The position numbers and the translations under genes were made by a program. A model generated the notes under the pieces. The model was given only the letters and a program-made list of their open reading frames with translations, was not told where the DNA came from and made no database searches. A stretch of DNA of 64,000 nt. It comes from Longimicrobiales bacterium. Lineage in GTDB: Bacteria > Gemmatimonadota > Gemmatimonadetes > Longimicrobiales > Gaopeijiaceae. This document shows positions 18,955-29,563 of this stretch, in pieces (position 1 is the stretch's first letter; the number at the start of each line of letters is the position of its first letter). The stretch covers positions 3,232,001 through 3,296,000 of the forward strand of contig CBDFIQ010000002.1 of the NCBI GenBank assembly GCA_965248195.1, given 5' to 3'.

Positions 18955-20784
18955 ATGAAGATCAGGAACATCGCCATCATCGCACATGTGGATCATGGCA
19001 AGACCACGCTCGTGGACGAGATGCTCCGCCAGACGGGCGTCTTTCGTGTCAACGAGAAGGTGCAGGAGCGCGTACTCGACTCCAACCCGCTCGAACGGGA
19101 ACGAGGGATCACGATTCTTGCAAAGAACACCTCGATCCGGTGGGGCGATGTGAAAATCAACATCGTCGATACGCCCGGCCACGCCGATTTCGGCGGGGAG
19201 GTCGAGCGCACTTTACGTATGGTCGACGGGGTGCTGCTGCTCGTGGACGCTGCGGAGGGCCCGATGCCGCAGACGCGGTTCGTGACCCGAAAAGCGTTGG
19301 AGCTCCGGCTCCAGCCGATCGTGCTCGTCAACAAAGTCGATCGGTCGGATGCCCGCGCGATCGAGGTTCACGACGAGGTGCTCGAGCTCTTCATGAACCT
19401 CGAAGCCTCCGACGCGCAATTGGATGCTCCTTTTCTTTATGCCGTCGGACGAGACGGCTGGGCCAGCCCCGATCCGGGTGCGTCGAATGGCGATCTGGAG
19501 CCGCTCCTCGAGACCATCGTCGAGGCCATTGCCGCACCGCTCGTGGATCTCGACGGGGCGTTCCAAATGCTGATCTCGACGCTCGACCACTCGAACTACG
19601 TGGGGCGCATCGGAATCGGACGGATTGAGCGGGGGGGCGTGACCGTCGGCGACGACATCGCTCTGCTGCCTCTAGGGGATCCGGGCTTGGTCGGCGCCGA
19701 CGAGGCGACGCCCGCACGTGTGGTACAGCTCTATGGTTTCGAGGGCTTGGAGCGTGTGGAGATCGAAGCCGCCGACGCCGGGGACATTGTGGCGGTCGCG
19801 GGAATCCCGGGAGTCGAGATCGGGACGACCCTCACCGATGTCGATGAACGCGAGCGGCTGCGCGGGATTGCGGTCGAGGAGCCCACGCTCTCTGTGGACT
19901 TCACCGTGAACGACTCACCCTTCGCGGGCCGCTCGGGCAAATTCGTGACCACCCGGCAGCTTCGCGACCGGCTGATGAAGGAACTCGAGCGTAATGTTGC
20001 CCTTAGGGTCGAGCAGACCGGGGAACCCGATACGTTCACAGTTTCGGGCCGGGGCGAGTTGCATCTCTCGATTCTCATGGAGACGATGCGCCGGGAGGGA
20101 TATGAGTTTCAGGTTTCGAGGCCGCGTGTCATCGAGAAGAGGGGACCCGAAGGTCTTCTCGAGCCCTTTGAAGAGGCGGTCATCGAGGTCCCGGAACAGT
20201 ACATCGGCGTAGTGATGGAAAGGATGGGGTCGCGAAAGGCCGAATTGATCGAGATGAAGCCGACGGACAGGGGTCCTGTCCGGCTCCGGTTCCGGGTGCC
20301 TGCTCGGGGACTCTTCGGATACCGATCCGATTTCATGACGGACACCAGGGGCGAGGGGCTCCTGCACCACCGCTTCCTGGAATACGGTCCGCACGCCGGG
20401 ACGATGGTCGGCCGCAAGAGGGGAGTGCTCGTGGCCGACCGAGAAGGATTTGCCGTAGGCTTCGCCCTCTTCAACCTCCAGGAGCGCGCGACGATGTTCG
20501 TGCGCCCGGGGGACGAGGTATACACCGGAATGATCGTGGGGGAGCACGTGCGTCCGGGCGATCTGGACGTCAACGCCTGCAAGGCCAAGAAGCTCACCAA
20601 CATGCGGACTACGGCAACGGATGAGAACATCAAACTGGAACCGCCACGGGACCTGACCCTCGAACTCGCCTTGGAGTTCATCGAAGACGATGAGCTGATC
20701 GAGGTCACGCCGAGGGGGATCGGGTTGAGAAAGAGGCACCTCGACCCCATTGCCCGCAAGAAGGCTTTACGCAAGAAGGCCTGA
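18955..20784 (+). CDS. typA: Translational GTPase TypA/BipA
   Basis: [53 protein letters not shown]. Confidence 0.98.
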   Translation: MKIRNIAIIAHVDHGKTTLVDEMLRQTGVFRVNEKVQERVLDSNPLERERGITILAKNTSIRWGDVKINIVDTPGHADFGGEVERTLRMVDGVLLLVDAAEGPMPQTRFVTRKALELRLQPIVLVNKVDRSDARAIEVHDEVLELFMNLEASDAQLDAPFLYAVGRDGWASPDPGASNGDLEPLLETIVEAIAAPLVDLDGAFQMLISTLDHSNYVGRIGIGRIERGGVTVGDDIALLPLGDPGLVGADEATPARVVQLYGFEGLERVEIEAADAGDIVAVAGIPGVEIGTTLTDVDERERLRGIAVEEPTLSVDFTVNDSPFAGRSGKFVTTRQLRDRLMKELERNVALRVEQTGEPDTFTVSGRGELHLSILMETMRREGYEFQVSRPRVIEKRGPEGLLEPFEEAVIEVPEQYIGVVMERMGSRKAELIEMKPTDRGPVRLRFRVPARGLFGYRSDFMTDTRGEGLLHHRFLEYGPHAGTMVGRKRGVLVADREGFAVGFALFNLQERATMFVRPGDEVYTGMIVGEHVRPGDLDVNACKAKKLTNMRTTATDENIKLEPPRDLTLELALEFIEDDELIEVTPRGIGLRKRHLDPIARKKALRKKA

Positions 20785-20799
20785 GCCGCCGGACGAAAG

Positions 20800-21309
20800 A
20801 TGGCGATTTTTCAAAAAGATCTCGTCTCCGAGAACAACCACCCGTTGAACCTTGTCGATGGCAAGGGGATCGATGAAGCGTCAGTCACCCGCCCCCCGAT
20901 CTTCGAAGTGTTTATGCGTATGGCCGAGGAGTTGGCCAAGCGAAGCACCTGTGCCAGGCTCAGGGTGGGGACAGTCATTACGGACCCGCATCTCGAGAAC
21001 GTGGTCGCCATCGGCTACAACGGAAACGCGCGACGCTTTCCGAACGAATGTGACGGACCGGATCCCGGGGCGTGCGGCTGCATCCATTCGGAGCAAAATG
21101 CCCTCGTAAAAGCCCCCGGAAGCATGCTGGACAAGGTGGCTTTCGTGACCGCGACCCCATGCGTGACCTGTGCCAAATTGCTCATCCAGGGCAACATCTC
21201 ACATGTGTTCTACCGTGAGATCTATCGGGATCCGTCCGGCCTGGAGGTCCTGAAACGCGCGGGTGTAACCCCGGTCCACTATGTACGATGGATGGATGAT
21301 TGGCGCTGA
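20800..21309 (+). CDS. dCMP deaminase family (ComEB-like)
   Basis: RSTC, IGYNG, HSEQNAL, PCVTC. Confidence 0.92.
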   Translation: MAIFQKDLVSENNHPLNLVDGKGIDEASVTRPPIFEVFMRMAEELAKRSTCARLRVGTVITDPHLENVVAIGYNGNARRFPNECDGPDPGACGCIHSEQNALVKAPGSMLDKVAFVTATPCVTCAKLLIQGNISHVFYREIYRDPSGLEVLKRAGVTPVHYVRWMDDWR

Positions 21310-21445
21310 GATTTCCGGGCTTTCGGGACTTGTCCGTCACGTTATCTTCCGGCCTTCGTCACCGCCTCCGGGTGGGTGCTGCCGTCCGCGGGCGGGCCAC
21401 CGTGCGTCGGCATCGTCTGGACCGAAAACAACCTAAAGTAAACGC

Positions 21446-22573
21446 GTGGGAGTTCATTTCGTGAAGTCGTCCACCATAGAGAATACCACCTCGTTTGGCC
21501 GCTTCTTTCTTCCGGGTCCGACAGAGGTCCATCCGGAGGTGCTGAGCGCCCAGAACCGGGCCCTAATCGGGCACCGAGGCCCAGCCATAAAGGAGCTCAT
21601 GAGTAAGCTGCAGACCGGGCTCCGAGATCTGTTTCGCACGGAGAGTCCGGTCCTGATATCGACATCGTCAGCGACCGGATTGATGGAGGCTGCCGTTCGG
21701 AACGGCGCTCGATCTCGCGTTCTGAGTCTAGTCAACGGCGCCTTCAGCCAGCGGTTCGGCCAGATCGCTGAGGCCTGTGGATTCGTGGTCGAGACGCTCG
21801 AGGTGGAGTGGGGCCAGACCTTTACCGCCGACCAGGTGCGTGAGAAGCTGGCTTCGGGTGGGCTCGATGCCGTCACGGTGGTTCACTCCGAGACGTCCAC
21901 CGGGGCGTTGAACCCCATAAGCCAGATCTCGGAGGCCGTCCGGGAGCAGGACGATGTAGTGCTTCTGGTGGACTCGGTGACGGGCGTGGGCGGGGCGGAG
22001 GTTCGGACCGACGAGTGGGCTTTGGACTTCGTGCTCACGGGATCTCAAAAGGCTCTCGCGTTGCCTCCCGGCCTCGCTTTTGGCGTGGCCTCTGAACGCC
22101 TTATGGCGCGTGCTGCCGAAGCGACGCGGAAGGGCGTCTACTTCGATTTAGTATCGTTCCGGAAGCAGCTCGATAATCTCCAGACTCCGACCACGCCTGC
22201 GGTTTCACTCTTCTACGCGTTGGCCAAGCAGTTGGACCGGATCCGGCTGGAGGGGTTGGTGGCCCGATGGGACCGGCACCAGGCGATGGCCGACCGGTGC
22301 GTCCAGTGGGTGGACATGATGCGGGAGCAAAGGGGGGTCGCGCTGTCGGTGCTGGCGCCCGAGGGATCCCGTTCTCCGACCGTGACCTGTGTGGAGCTTC
22401 CTGAGGGGACCACCGGGCCGTCGGTGGTATCGGCAATGAAGGAGAGAGGGTTCACCATCGGCGGAGGTTACGGAAAGCTGAAGGAGGGGACGTTCCGGGT
22501 CGGACACATGGGCGATCATACCGTTGCCGAACTCGATGCAGTGCTGGACGCCCTAGGGGAGGTGCTCTCGTGA
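21446..22573 (+). CDS. Class V aminotransferase (serine-pyruvate/alanine-glyoxylate; probable phosphoserine aminotransferase role)
   Basis: LPGPT, HSETSTG, VDSVT, GSQKALALPPG, FRVGHMG; overlaps serA. Confidence 0.92.
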   Translation: MGVHFVKSSTIENTTSFGRFFLPGPTEVHPEVLSAQNRALIGHRGPAIKELMSKLQTGLRDLFRTESPVLISTSSATGLMEAAVRNGARSRVLSLVNGAFSQRFGQIAEACGFVVETLEVEWGQTFTADQVREKLASGGLDAVTVVHSETSTGALNPISQISEAVREQDDVVLLVDSVTGVGGAEVRTDEWALDFVLTGSQKALALPPGLAFGVASERLMARAAEATRKGVYFDLVSFRKQLDNLQTPTTPAVSLFYALAKQLDRIRLEGLVARWDRHQAMADRCVQWVDMMREQRGVALSVLAPEGSRSPTVTCVELPEGTTGPSVVSAMKERGFTIGGGYGKLKEGTFRVGHMGDHTVAELDAVLDALGEVLS

Positions 22574-24174
22574 GCGAGAAGTTCGTGGTCATCGCGGCCG
22601 ACAAGATCTCCCTTTCGGGCCTTTCACCCCTGACCGAGGATGATCGCTTCGAAGTCCTGGTGCCCGACGGCTGGACCACTGAGGAGATGCAGGAGGCATT
22701 GGGCCGGGCTCACGGTCTCATCGTACGCAGCGCGACCAGGGTGACCCCGGAACTTCTGGAGCAGGCTCCACACCTGAAGGTTATCGGCCGCGCGGGGGTG
22801 GGAGTCGACAACATCGATCTCGAGGCCGCCACTGAGCTCGGGATCCCGGTGATCAACGCTCCCGAAGGCAACACCGTATCCGCCGCCGAACTCGCGATGG
22901 CTCTCATCTTGACCGTCGCGCGTAACGTTTCCTGGGCGGATGCTTCCGTTCGGGGCGGCGCATGGGCTCGATCGCAGTTCTCTGGCATCGAGCTTCGTGG
23001 TAGGATACTCGGACTCATCGGTGCGGGGCGGATCGGGAGCGAGGTCGCATTGCGTGCGCAGGCGTTCGGTATGGAGACGATCGCCTACGATCCGTACCTG
23101 ACGGAGGAACGCGCCAAGGAACTGAGGATCGAACGGGTGGAGCTCGATGACGTGATCGCTCGCGGGGACGTGATCTCGTTACACGTGCCGCTCACACCGC
23201 AAACCGAGGGCATGATCGGTGAGGCGGAACTCAAGGCCATGAAACCCACGGCCATCCTGGTCAATGCCGCACGGGGTGGGGTGGTCGAGGAGGCTGCGCT
23301 GGTTACCGCGCTCGAGTCGGGGGAGATCGCGGCCGCTGCGCTCGACGTTTTCACAACCGAGCCGCTTCCAGACGATAGCCCGCTGAGGGGCACTAAAAAC
23401 CTGCTCCTCACGCCGCATCTCGGGGCCTCCACCATCGAGGCTCAGGAGTTGGTCGCGAACGAGATCGCGGGGGGCGTGAGCGCGGCGCTGCTCGAGGGGG
23501 ACCTTTCCAAGGCGCTGAACGCGCCCGCGATCGGAGGGGAGGACCTCGAGTATCTCAGGCCTCTCATGGATCTCGCGGGCAGGGTCGGACGCGTGGTCGG
23601 CGTCCTGGGCCGGGGCGGAATGCAGCGGGCCGACATCTCGGTCGCGGGGCTGGACGAGGACATTCTTGGACCGCTGACTGCGGCGGCCATGACCGGAGTG
23701 CTCACACCTGTCGTGGGCGCACGCAACGTCAATTACGTAAACGCCCTCCACCTCGCCGAAGGGCGGGGCATCGAGATCGCGACGACGCTGCAGTCCCCAC
23801 GAGTCGACTACGCCAAGTTCCTCGAGATCGTTCTCGAGACAGAGGACCAGAAGGTACGCGTGGCCGGTGCGCTACTGGGCGAGCATCATCATCCTCGGAT
23901 CGTGCAGATCGACGGGTACGCTTTGAGCGTCCAACCTGAAGGGTGCCTGATCGTGCTCCGGAACAATGACGTCCCTGGCGTCATCGGGAGGGTGGGGACC
24001 CTCCTGGCGGCGCACGGCTTGAACATCGCCGAGTACATCCAGTCGAGGGAGGCCAAGGGTGGCCTGGCGTTGGCCGCCGTGTCCGTCGATGGAAAGGTCA
24101 GCCCCGAGTTTCTCGCGACTCTGAGCGAGGACGAGGATATTTTGGACGCGCGGGCGGTCTACTTCGACGGCTGA
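22570..24174 (+). CDS. serA: D-3-phosphoglycerate dehydrogenase (long form with ASB/ACT domains)
   Basis: RAGVGVDNID, GAGRIG, NAARGG, TPHLGAST, NNDVPGVIG. Confidence 0.96.
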   Translation: MSEKFVVIAADKISLSGLSPLTEDDRFEVLVPDGWTTEEMQEALGRAHGLIVRSATRVTPELLEQAPHLKVIGRAGVGVDNIDLEAATELGIPVINAPEGNTVSAAELAMALILTVARNVSWADASVRGGAWARSQFSGIELRGRILGLIGAGRIGSEVALRAQAFGMETIAYDPYLTEERAKELRIERVELDDVIARGDVISLHVPLTPQTEGMIGEAELKAMKPTAILVNAARGGVVEEAALVTALESGEIAAAALDVFTTEPLPDDSPLRGTKNLLLTPHLGASTIEAQELVANEIAGGVSAALLEGDLSKALNAPAIGGEDLEYLRPLMDLAGRVGRVVGVLGRGGMQRADISVAGLDEDILGPLTAAAMTGVLTPVVGARNVNYVNALHLAEGRGIEIATTLQSPRVDYAKFLEIVLETEDQKVRVAGALLGEHHHPRIVQIDGYALSVQPEGCLIVLRNNDVPGVIGRVGTLLAAHGLNIAEYIQSREAKGGLALAAVSVDGKVSPEFLATLSEDEDILDARAVYFDG

Positions 24175-24184
24175 ACGGGGACGC

Positions 24185-25360
24185 TCACTGCGGAGCCGGC
24201 CGTCGGACGACGTTGTACTTTTCCAGGACGCGGGTCACGGCCTCAACGTCGATCGCCTCCACCGTCCTTCCCATTCCTGATACGGTCGTCGCCTTGAGGA
24301 GCGAATTGTAGATCGCTTCTTCCGTGGCCTCCACCGTGCCCTCGAAAAGCGCCGACAGACCACTGTTCGGGACCTCCACGGACTCGGTCCACTCCTCGCC
24401 CAGCGTGCGTCGTACTCCAGCCGCCGTGGAGAAAGCGATGACGTAGTCACCACTTCCGTTCCCGGCGAAGGAGCCGGTGCGGGCGAGTCCCATGACGGCC
24501 CGCTTGGCCAGGCGCTCCAGCTTGAGAGGGGACAGAGGGGCGTCGGTGGCCACGACCATCATGATCGAGCCTTGGCCGTGATCGGCGTCATCCTGCCCTC
24601 CCGCTTCAACCGACTGCCGAAAGGAGTACCGCTCCAACTCGCGCCCGACCGGGGCACCGGCCATGGTCAGGATCCCTCCGAAGTTCGATTGGACCAGGAC
24701 GCCGACCGTAAAACCACCCAGGCTCTCGGGAAGCACGCGGCTGCTCGTCCCGATTCCGCCTTTCCAGCCGAACGCTGTGGTGCCTCGGCCGGCCCCCACC
24801 GATCCCTCGGCCACCGGCCCCGAAGAGGCGATCCCCAAAGCCTCACGCACATGTGCGGCGGTGATCGGGCGGCTTCGGATGTCGTTTAGGCCTCCGTCAT
24901 TGGTCTCCCCCACGACCGCGTTGAGGGATCCGACGCGTTCCATGCCCTCCTGCTCGAGCGCCCACTCCACCAGGGCGTCGGCGGCCTTCCAGACACACAG
25001 CGTGCAGGTCAGGAGGATCGGCGTCTCCAACTCCCCCAACTCACGTACCTGGGTCACACCGAGGAGTTTTCCGAAGCCGTTGCCCACGTAGATGGCGGCG
25101 GGCACTCGCTCGTGGTAGATGCTTCCCGGGTGAGGCCGGATGGCCGTTACACCCGTGTTGACCCGGGCACCTTCGATCACGGTCACCTGTCCGACCCACA
25201 CGCCCTCGACATCGGTGATGGCGTTCCACGGGCCCGGGGGGAAGATTCCCACCTCGATCCCGAGGTCCCGGGCCCTGGGCCGGTCGACCTCCTGACTCGT
25301 GGCATTTGGGGCGAGAAGGAACAGTGGGAGTGTCGCCATCAAGGCGCGCTGTCTGTTCAT
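24185..25360 (-). CDS. DmpA/S58 (P1) family aminopeptidase, secreted
   Basis: NAITDVEGV, GNGFGK, KGGIGTSSR, G|SI cleavage site, GSGDY. Confidence 0.93.
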   Translation of the reverse strand: MNRQRALMATLPLFLLAPNATSQEVDRPRARDLGIEVGIFPPGPWNAITDVEGVWVGQVTVIEGARVNTGVTAIRPHPGSIYHERVPAAIYVGNGFGKLLGVTQVRELGELETPILLTCTLCVWKAADALVEWALEQEGMERVGSLNAVVGETNDGGLNDIRSRPITAAHVREALGIASSGPVAEGSVGAGRGTTAFGWKGGIGTSSRVLPESLGGFTVGVLVQSNFGGILTMAGAPVGRELERYSFRQSVEAGGQDDADHGQGSIMMVVATDAPLSPLKLERLAKRAVMGLARTGSFAGNGSGDYVIAFSTAAGVRRTLGEEWTESVEVPNSGLSALFEGTVEATEEAIYNSLLKATTVSGMGRTVEAIDVEAVTRVLEKYNVVRRPAPQ

Positions 25361-25416
25361 GAGGCAAGCTCTTTGGATGGCCGGCTATGTGGCTTCCCGG
25401 GCGGCGCGCCCGATCG

Positions 25417-26292
25417 TCAGCGAACGGTGTCGACCAAGAGTAGGGCCAGAAGGAGGGGCTGGTAAAGTAGAGACCAGAGAAAGACCCGTCGCGCCCGCGC
25501 CCGCGACATCTCGGACGCTGCGGCTACGGCGACCCCAAGAGTGATCAGCCCCAACACCAGGGCGCCCGCGAGGTAGATTCGGCCAGTGATCCCCAGGAAC
25601 GTGGGGAATCCGCTTATCATCAACAGTGATACGGAATGATAAACCATGTGCCTGCCGATTCGCACGCCCTCGGGGTCGGTCGGAGGGCTCAGGAAAAAGC
25701 CGACGCGGGCGTAGTCCTCCCGGAGTAACCAGGCGAGTGCCAGGACGTGGGGCAGCTGCCAAAGGAACGCGATACAGAACAATATTACGGCGCCGAACTC
25801 TACGGTGCCCGTCGCGGCGCTCCATCCGATCAGAGCCGGAAAGGCTCCGGGTACCGCGCCCACGAGCGTGGCCAGGTACGAACGGGTCTTGAGGGGCGTG
25901 TAGGCGAGGATGTATGCAGCGGCCGAGGCCGCGGTGAGCACGGATGGCAGCCATCCGACCATGAGCCCGAGATAGGCCAGGCCCGCCACGAGGAGTGCCC
26001 ACCCGAACGCCAGCGCCTCCCCAGGGCGCAACCGGCCGGAGGGCAGGGGCCGGGTCCGCGTGCGGGTCATGAGTGCGTCGAGGTCTCGCTCGACGTACTG
26101 GTTGAGGGCGAGTGCGCCGGCCGTTCCGAGAGCGACACCCACGAGGGTATGTATGATCGGGAGGATTTCGGGTCGGCCGCCGGACGCCACGTAATAACTC
26201 ACGCCGGCCGTCATCATGACGTAGCCGGCGATCCCCGGCTTGGTGAGCTCGTACAGTGCGCCGGCCTTGTTTTGGGCCGGCGTCTCCGTCAT
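25417..26292 (-). CDS. cyoE: Protoheme IX farnesyltransferase (heme o synthase)
   Basis: LTKP, NQYVERDLDALMTRTRTRPLPSG, YTPLKTR, WQLPH. Confidence 0.96.
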   Translation of the reverse strand: MTETPAQNKAGALYELTKPGIAGYVMMTAGVSYYVASGGRPEILPIIHTLVGVALGTAGALALNQYVERDLDALMTRTRTRPLPSGRLRPGEALAFGWALLVAGLAYLGLMVGWLPSVLTAASAAAYILAYTPLKTRSYLATLVGAVPGAFPALIGWSAATGTVEFGAVILFCIAFLWQLPHVLALAWLLREDYARVGFFLSPPTDPEGVRIGRHMVYHSVSLLMISGFPTFLGITGRIYLAGALVLGLITLGVAVAAASEMSRARARRVFLWSLLYQPLLLALLLVDTVR

Positions 26293-27110
26293 CCGACCGA
26301 GTCCAGCGTGTCCCTCATGGATCGGGCCAGACCCGTAAAAGCCGGAACGTCGAACAGGGTGTAGGCCGACGCGTCAGTGAGTCGGAGTGCCATGAGTAAA
26401 TCGAGAAAGCGCCCTGGATGGTCCGACTCGAAGGCGACCACGAATTCCTGGTCGTCCAAGCCGTACGAGTAGGTGGTGTTGAGCTTCACGTCAGGCCACT
26501 GGTGCCCGACCCGGATGTGTTCGTCCATCATGCGCTGGCGGTCTTCATGGGGAAGCTTGTACCAGTCCCGGATTTTCGCCATCGGGTAGACGAAAAGATA
26601 CTCCGATCCTTGCGGATTGATGGCGACGCGGGCCGAATCCAGAACCTCCTCACCGCCGTAGGTTTTGACGTACTCCTCCTCGTAGCGGTTGAGGTAGATG
26701 GACCGCTTGGTCATGGCGAAATACGAATGCGCCAAGGAGAGGTATCCTCCGAGGCCCGTCTGGTTCAACGAGGCAGCTAGGTCATGGAGTTGGCCCAGGT
26801 CGCGAGCGGCCTGCCAGAGCAGAAAATCCGCATCACCGCGTGTGCCGACCAGTGCGTAGCTGTAGATCATCATCTCGCGGATGCGGGCCGCCACCACCGA
26901 CTCGAACTCATCCTTATGCTTGGTCCGTTCCTTTACGGAAAGCCGACGCCAAGCGGGGTCGACTTTGAATACCGAGAAGCGGACGAACTCCCGCTCCTTC
27001 ATCTTTTCCTGCTCAGCCTGGATCTTCTCCCAGGCGTCTCCTTCCATCGCGGGTCGCTTGGGGATGTTCGGGCGCACGCCCCGGGGGACGTTCTGCTTCG
27101 TTTCTGTCAT
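26289..27110 (-). CDS. hemQ: Chlorite dismutase family protein, probable coproheme decarboxylase
   Basis: GTRGDADFLLW, YPMAKIRDWY, MMDEHIRVG, YSYGLDDQEFVVAFE; overlaps cyoE; start set at ATG 27110. Confidence 0.8.
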   Translation of the reverse strand: MTETKQNVPRGVRPNIPKRPAMEGDAWEKIQAEQEKMKEREFVRFSVFKVDPAWRRLSVKERTKHKDEFESVVAARIREMMIYSYALVGTRGDADFLLWQAARDLGQLHDLAASLNQTGLGGYLSLAHSYFAMTKRSIYLNRYEEEYVKTYGGEEVLDSARVAINPQGSEYLFVYPMAKIRDWYKLPHEDRQRMMDEHIRVGHQWPDVKLNTTYSYGLDDQEFVVAFESDHPGRFLDLLMALRLTDASAYTLFDVPAFTGLARSMRDTLDSVG

Positions 27111-27244
27111 GACTCGGCTCGTGGGATGGTGGCCTCCCGGAGGGTCCCGGGGGAGCCTCGAAAGTGCCGAAACCGGAGAACCGGAGCAAGGCGGTTCGGA
27201 TTCGGAGGGTGGAAACGAAACATGCGCGGGCGTGATACAGTAGT

Positions 27245-27964
27245 ATGACGGACCCTTTCCATCCTTGCGGGAGACGAACGATCTCAACGCCGATCACCGA
27301 ACCCTTCCACGGCCGCACCAACGCCGAGCGGCGCGTCACCGAGCGAGCGCTTTGGCGGAATGGATTTCTCGGAGCCACGATCATCCATCTCCTGGTCTTC
27401 TTTCTGTGGTGGGGCGAGCCGCTGCCAGAGTCTCCATTCGCGGCGGCCGGACCGCGGGCGGGGGATAATCTGGCGGCGTCCGGCGGCATGCAGGCCCTGA
27501 ATATCCGGGTACCTCCGCCGCGGCCCATCATTCGGCCTCAAGTGCCGCTACTTACCTTCGACCCGGTCACTCCGGTCGAGTTGGAAGAGCAGCAGCAGCA
27601 GGTCGAGACTTCATCCATTCTAGGCGACCGTCCAGGTGTTGATGGTCCGGGCTTGCTCCAAGGGGACGGACGCGGTGACGGTGGGAACGCCGAGGAGGGT
27701 CGTTTCCGCGTCGTACCCCCCTCTCCGCGCGGAATTATCTTGCCGCCGTCCAACCGGAATGTCCGAGGACAGCGGATCGAGGTCTGGGTCTTCGTGGACG
27801 AGCGAGGACGGGTCGTAGCGGACTCGACTCAACTTCGTCCGCCCACGTCCGACAGGGATTTCAACGCGCGCATCGTACGGGAGGCGGCGGAGTGGGTGTT
27901 CGAGCCGGCCAAGAGGGGCGGGGAAGCCGTGGGTTCCTGGTTCCCATATACGATCAGTATGTAG
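27245..27964 (+). CDS. TonB C-terminal domain protein (energy transducer-like)
   Basis: N-terminal TM with His, Pro/Gly-rich linker, VFVDERGRV...WVFEPAKRGG; start uncertain. Confidence 0.75.
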   Translation: MTDPFHPCGRRTISTPITEPFHGRTNAERRVTERALWRNGFLGATIIHLLVFFLWWGEPLPESPFAAAGPRAGDNLAASGGMQALNIRVPPPRPIIRPQVPLLTFDPVTPVELEEQQQQVETSSILGDRPGVDGPGLLQGDGRGDGGNAEEGRFRVVPPSPRGIILPPSNRNVRGQRIEVWVFVDERGRVVADSTQLRPPTSDRDFNARIVREAAEWVFEPAKRGGEAVGSWFPYTISM

Positions 27965-27973
27965 CTTTTGGCC

Positions 27974-29554
27974 ATGAAGCCGTCGGGCAAACGAATCCTT
28001 TGGGTCGACGACGAGATCGACCTCCTCAAGCCGCACCTTCTTTTTCTTCAGGCGCGTGGCTATCACGTGGACGCGATCACGAATGGGGACGACTCCCTCG
28101 TCATGATGCGTCAAAACGCCTACGACCTCGTTCTCTTGGACGAACAGATGCCGGGGCGGAGTGGCCTGGAGGTTCTGGAGATCATGCGGCGTGAGGACCC
28201 GCACGTCCGCGTCGTAATGGTGACCAAGTCGGCCGAAGATCAGACCATGACGGATGCGATCGGACGGCGGGTCGCCGACTATCTGGTGAAGCCGACGAGT
28301 CCCCGCCAGGTTCTTTCAGTCGTCACCCGCATTCTGGAGGGGTCGTCGATCCGCCAGCAACGTGCGGCGCAGGATTTCGCGGCTCGCTTCGGGCGGCTCT
28401 CGCATAAGCGCGAAGAGGCTCGCACCTCCGAGGATTTCGCCGAACTCTACATTGAGCTGACGGGATGGCACGTAAGCCTCGAAGAGGCCGGCGAGCGGGG
28501 CCTCCTCGATACAGTACAATCCCTCATGACCGACCTCCGCTTGGACTTTGGCCGGTGGATTGGACTAGAATATCCGCGCTGGTTGAAGGGTGAAGGGGAC
28601 CCGCCGTGCCTCTCTGTTGACGTCGTGCAGGAGCACCTCCTCCCGCTCCTTGGGCCCTCCCCCGTTTTCTTGGTCGTGTTGGACTGCATGCGCTTGGACC
28701 AGTGGCGTGTGATCGCCCCACTCCTGGCTCCTTTCTTCGAGATCGAGGAGTCGCATCACTACTCGATCCTCCCCACGGCAACACCGTATGCGAGGAACGC
28801 GATCTTCAGCGGCCAGTTTCCGGATGAGATCTCGCGGGACCATCCCGGCTGGTGGAATAAATCGGACGACGAGGGCAGCCTCAACGCGTTCGAGGATGAG
28901 CTCCTCGAAAAGCAACTGAAGCGCCTCACCGGAGAGGACGTTCCTGTTCACTACGAGAAGATCTTCACCGACCGGGAGGAAGATCAGGTACGTGGCCGCG
29001 TCCGTTCGGCGCTCAAGACACCCCACTCCGTTGTCGCGATGGTCTTCAACTTCGTCGACCTCATGACGCACGGGCGAAGCGAATCGCCCATTCTGATGGA
29101 GGTGGCCAAGGACGAGGCTGCCCTCCGCGGGCTGACTCGAGCGTGGTTCAAGCGATCGACCGCGTTCTCTGTTCTCAAGGACGCGGCGGCCGCCGGACAT
29201 CAAGTGATCATGACCACAGATCACGGCTCGATCCTTTGCCAGCGCCCAGCGACCGTCTTCGCACGACGGGACGCCACCAGCAACCTCCGGTACAAGTTTG
29301 GCCAGGATCTCAGAGCCGAGAAGGCCGAAACGGCTTTTTCCACCTCTCGCAGCGAGGATCTTCGTTTTCCCGCCGGAAAGCTGGGTGTGACGTACGCGGT
29401 GGCTGTCGACGACTACTTCTTCGTCTATCCCACCAAGTTGAGGGAGTACCAGCGCCGATACCGCAATTCGTTCCTGCACGGGGGCATCTCCCCTGAGGAG
29501 ATGATCGTGCCGATTGCGCGCCTCACGCCACGTTCCCGCGGCTCCGCAGGCTGA
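27974..29554 (+). CDS. PorX-like response regulator with PglZ (alkaline-phosphatase superfamily) domain
   Basis: REC: ILWVDDE, LLDEQMPG, TKS, KP. PglZ: DCMRLDQW, ILPTATPYARNAIF, FNFVD...H, TTDHG, FLHGGISPEEM. Confidence 0.9.
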   Translation: MKPSGKRILWVDDEIDLLKPHLLFLQARGYHVDAITNGDDSLVMMRQNAYDLVLLDEQMPGRSGLEVLEIMRREDPHVRVVMVTKSAEDQTMTDAIGRRVADYLVKPTSPRQVLSVVTRILEGSSIRQQRAAQDFAARFGRLSHKREEARTSEDFAELYIELTGWHVSLEEAGERGLLDTVQSLMTDLRLDFGRWIGLEYPRWLKGEGDPPCLSVDVVQEHLLPLLGPSPVFLVVLDCMRLDQWRVIAPLLAPFFEIEESHHYSILPTATPYARNAIFSGQFPDEISRDHPGWWNKSDDEGSLNAFEDELLEKQLKRLTGEDVPVHYEKIFTDREEDQVRGRVRSALKTPHSVVAMVFNFVDLMTHGRSESPILMEVAKDEAALRGLTRAWFKRSTAFSVLKDAAAAGHQVIMTTDHGSILCQRPATVFARRDATSNLRYKFGQDLRAEKAETAFSTSRSEDLRFPAGKLGVTYAVAVDDYFFVYPTKLREYQRRYRNSFLHGGISPEEMIVPIARLTPRSRGSAG

Positions 29555-29563
29555 CCGGCCGGC

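Noticed and set aside
21340..21430. ZTP or glycine riboswitch before the aminotransferase-serA operon
   Set aside because: Only a GGTGG/CCACC stem; the conserved GACTGGCG/GGGGAGCG and glycine-aptamer motifs are absent
27974..29554. PglZ domain as part of a BREX defence system
   Set aside because: Fused to a receiver domain; no brxC, pglX or brxL nearby
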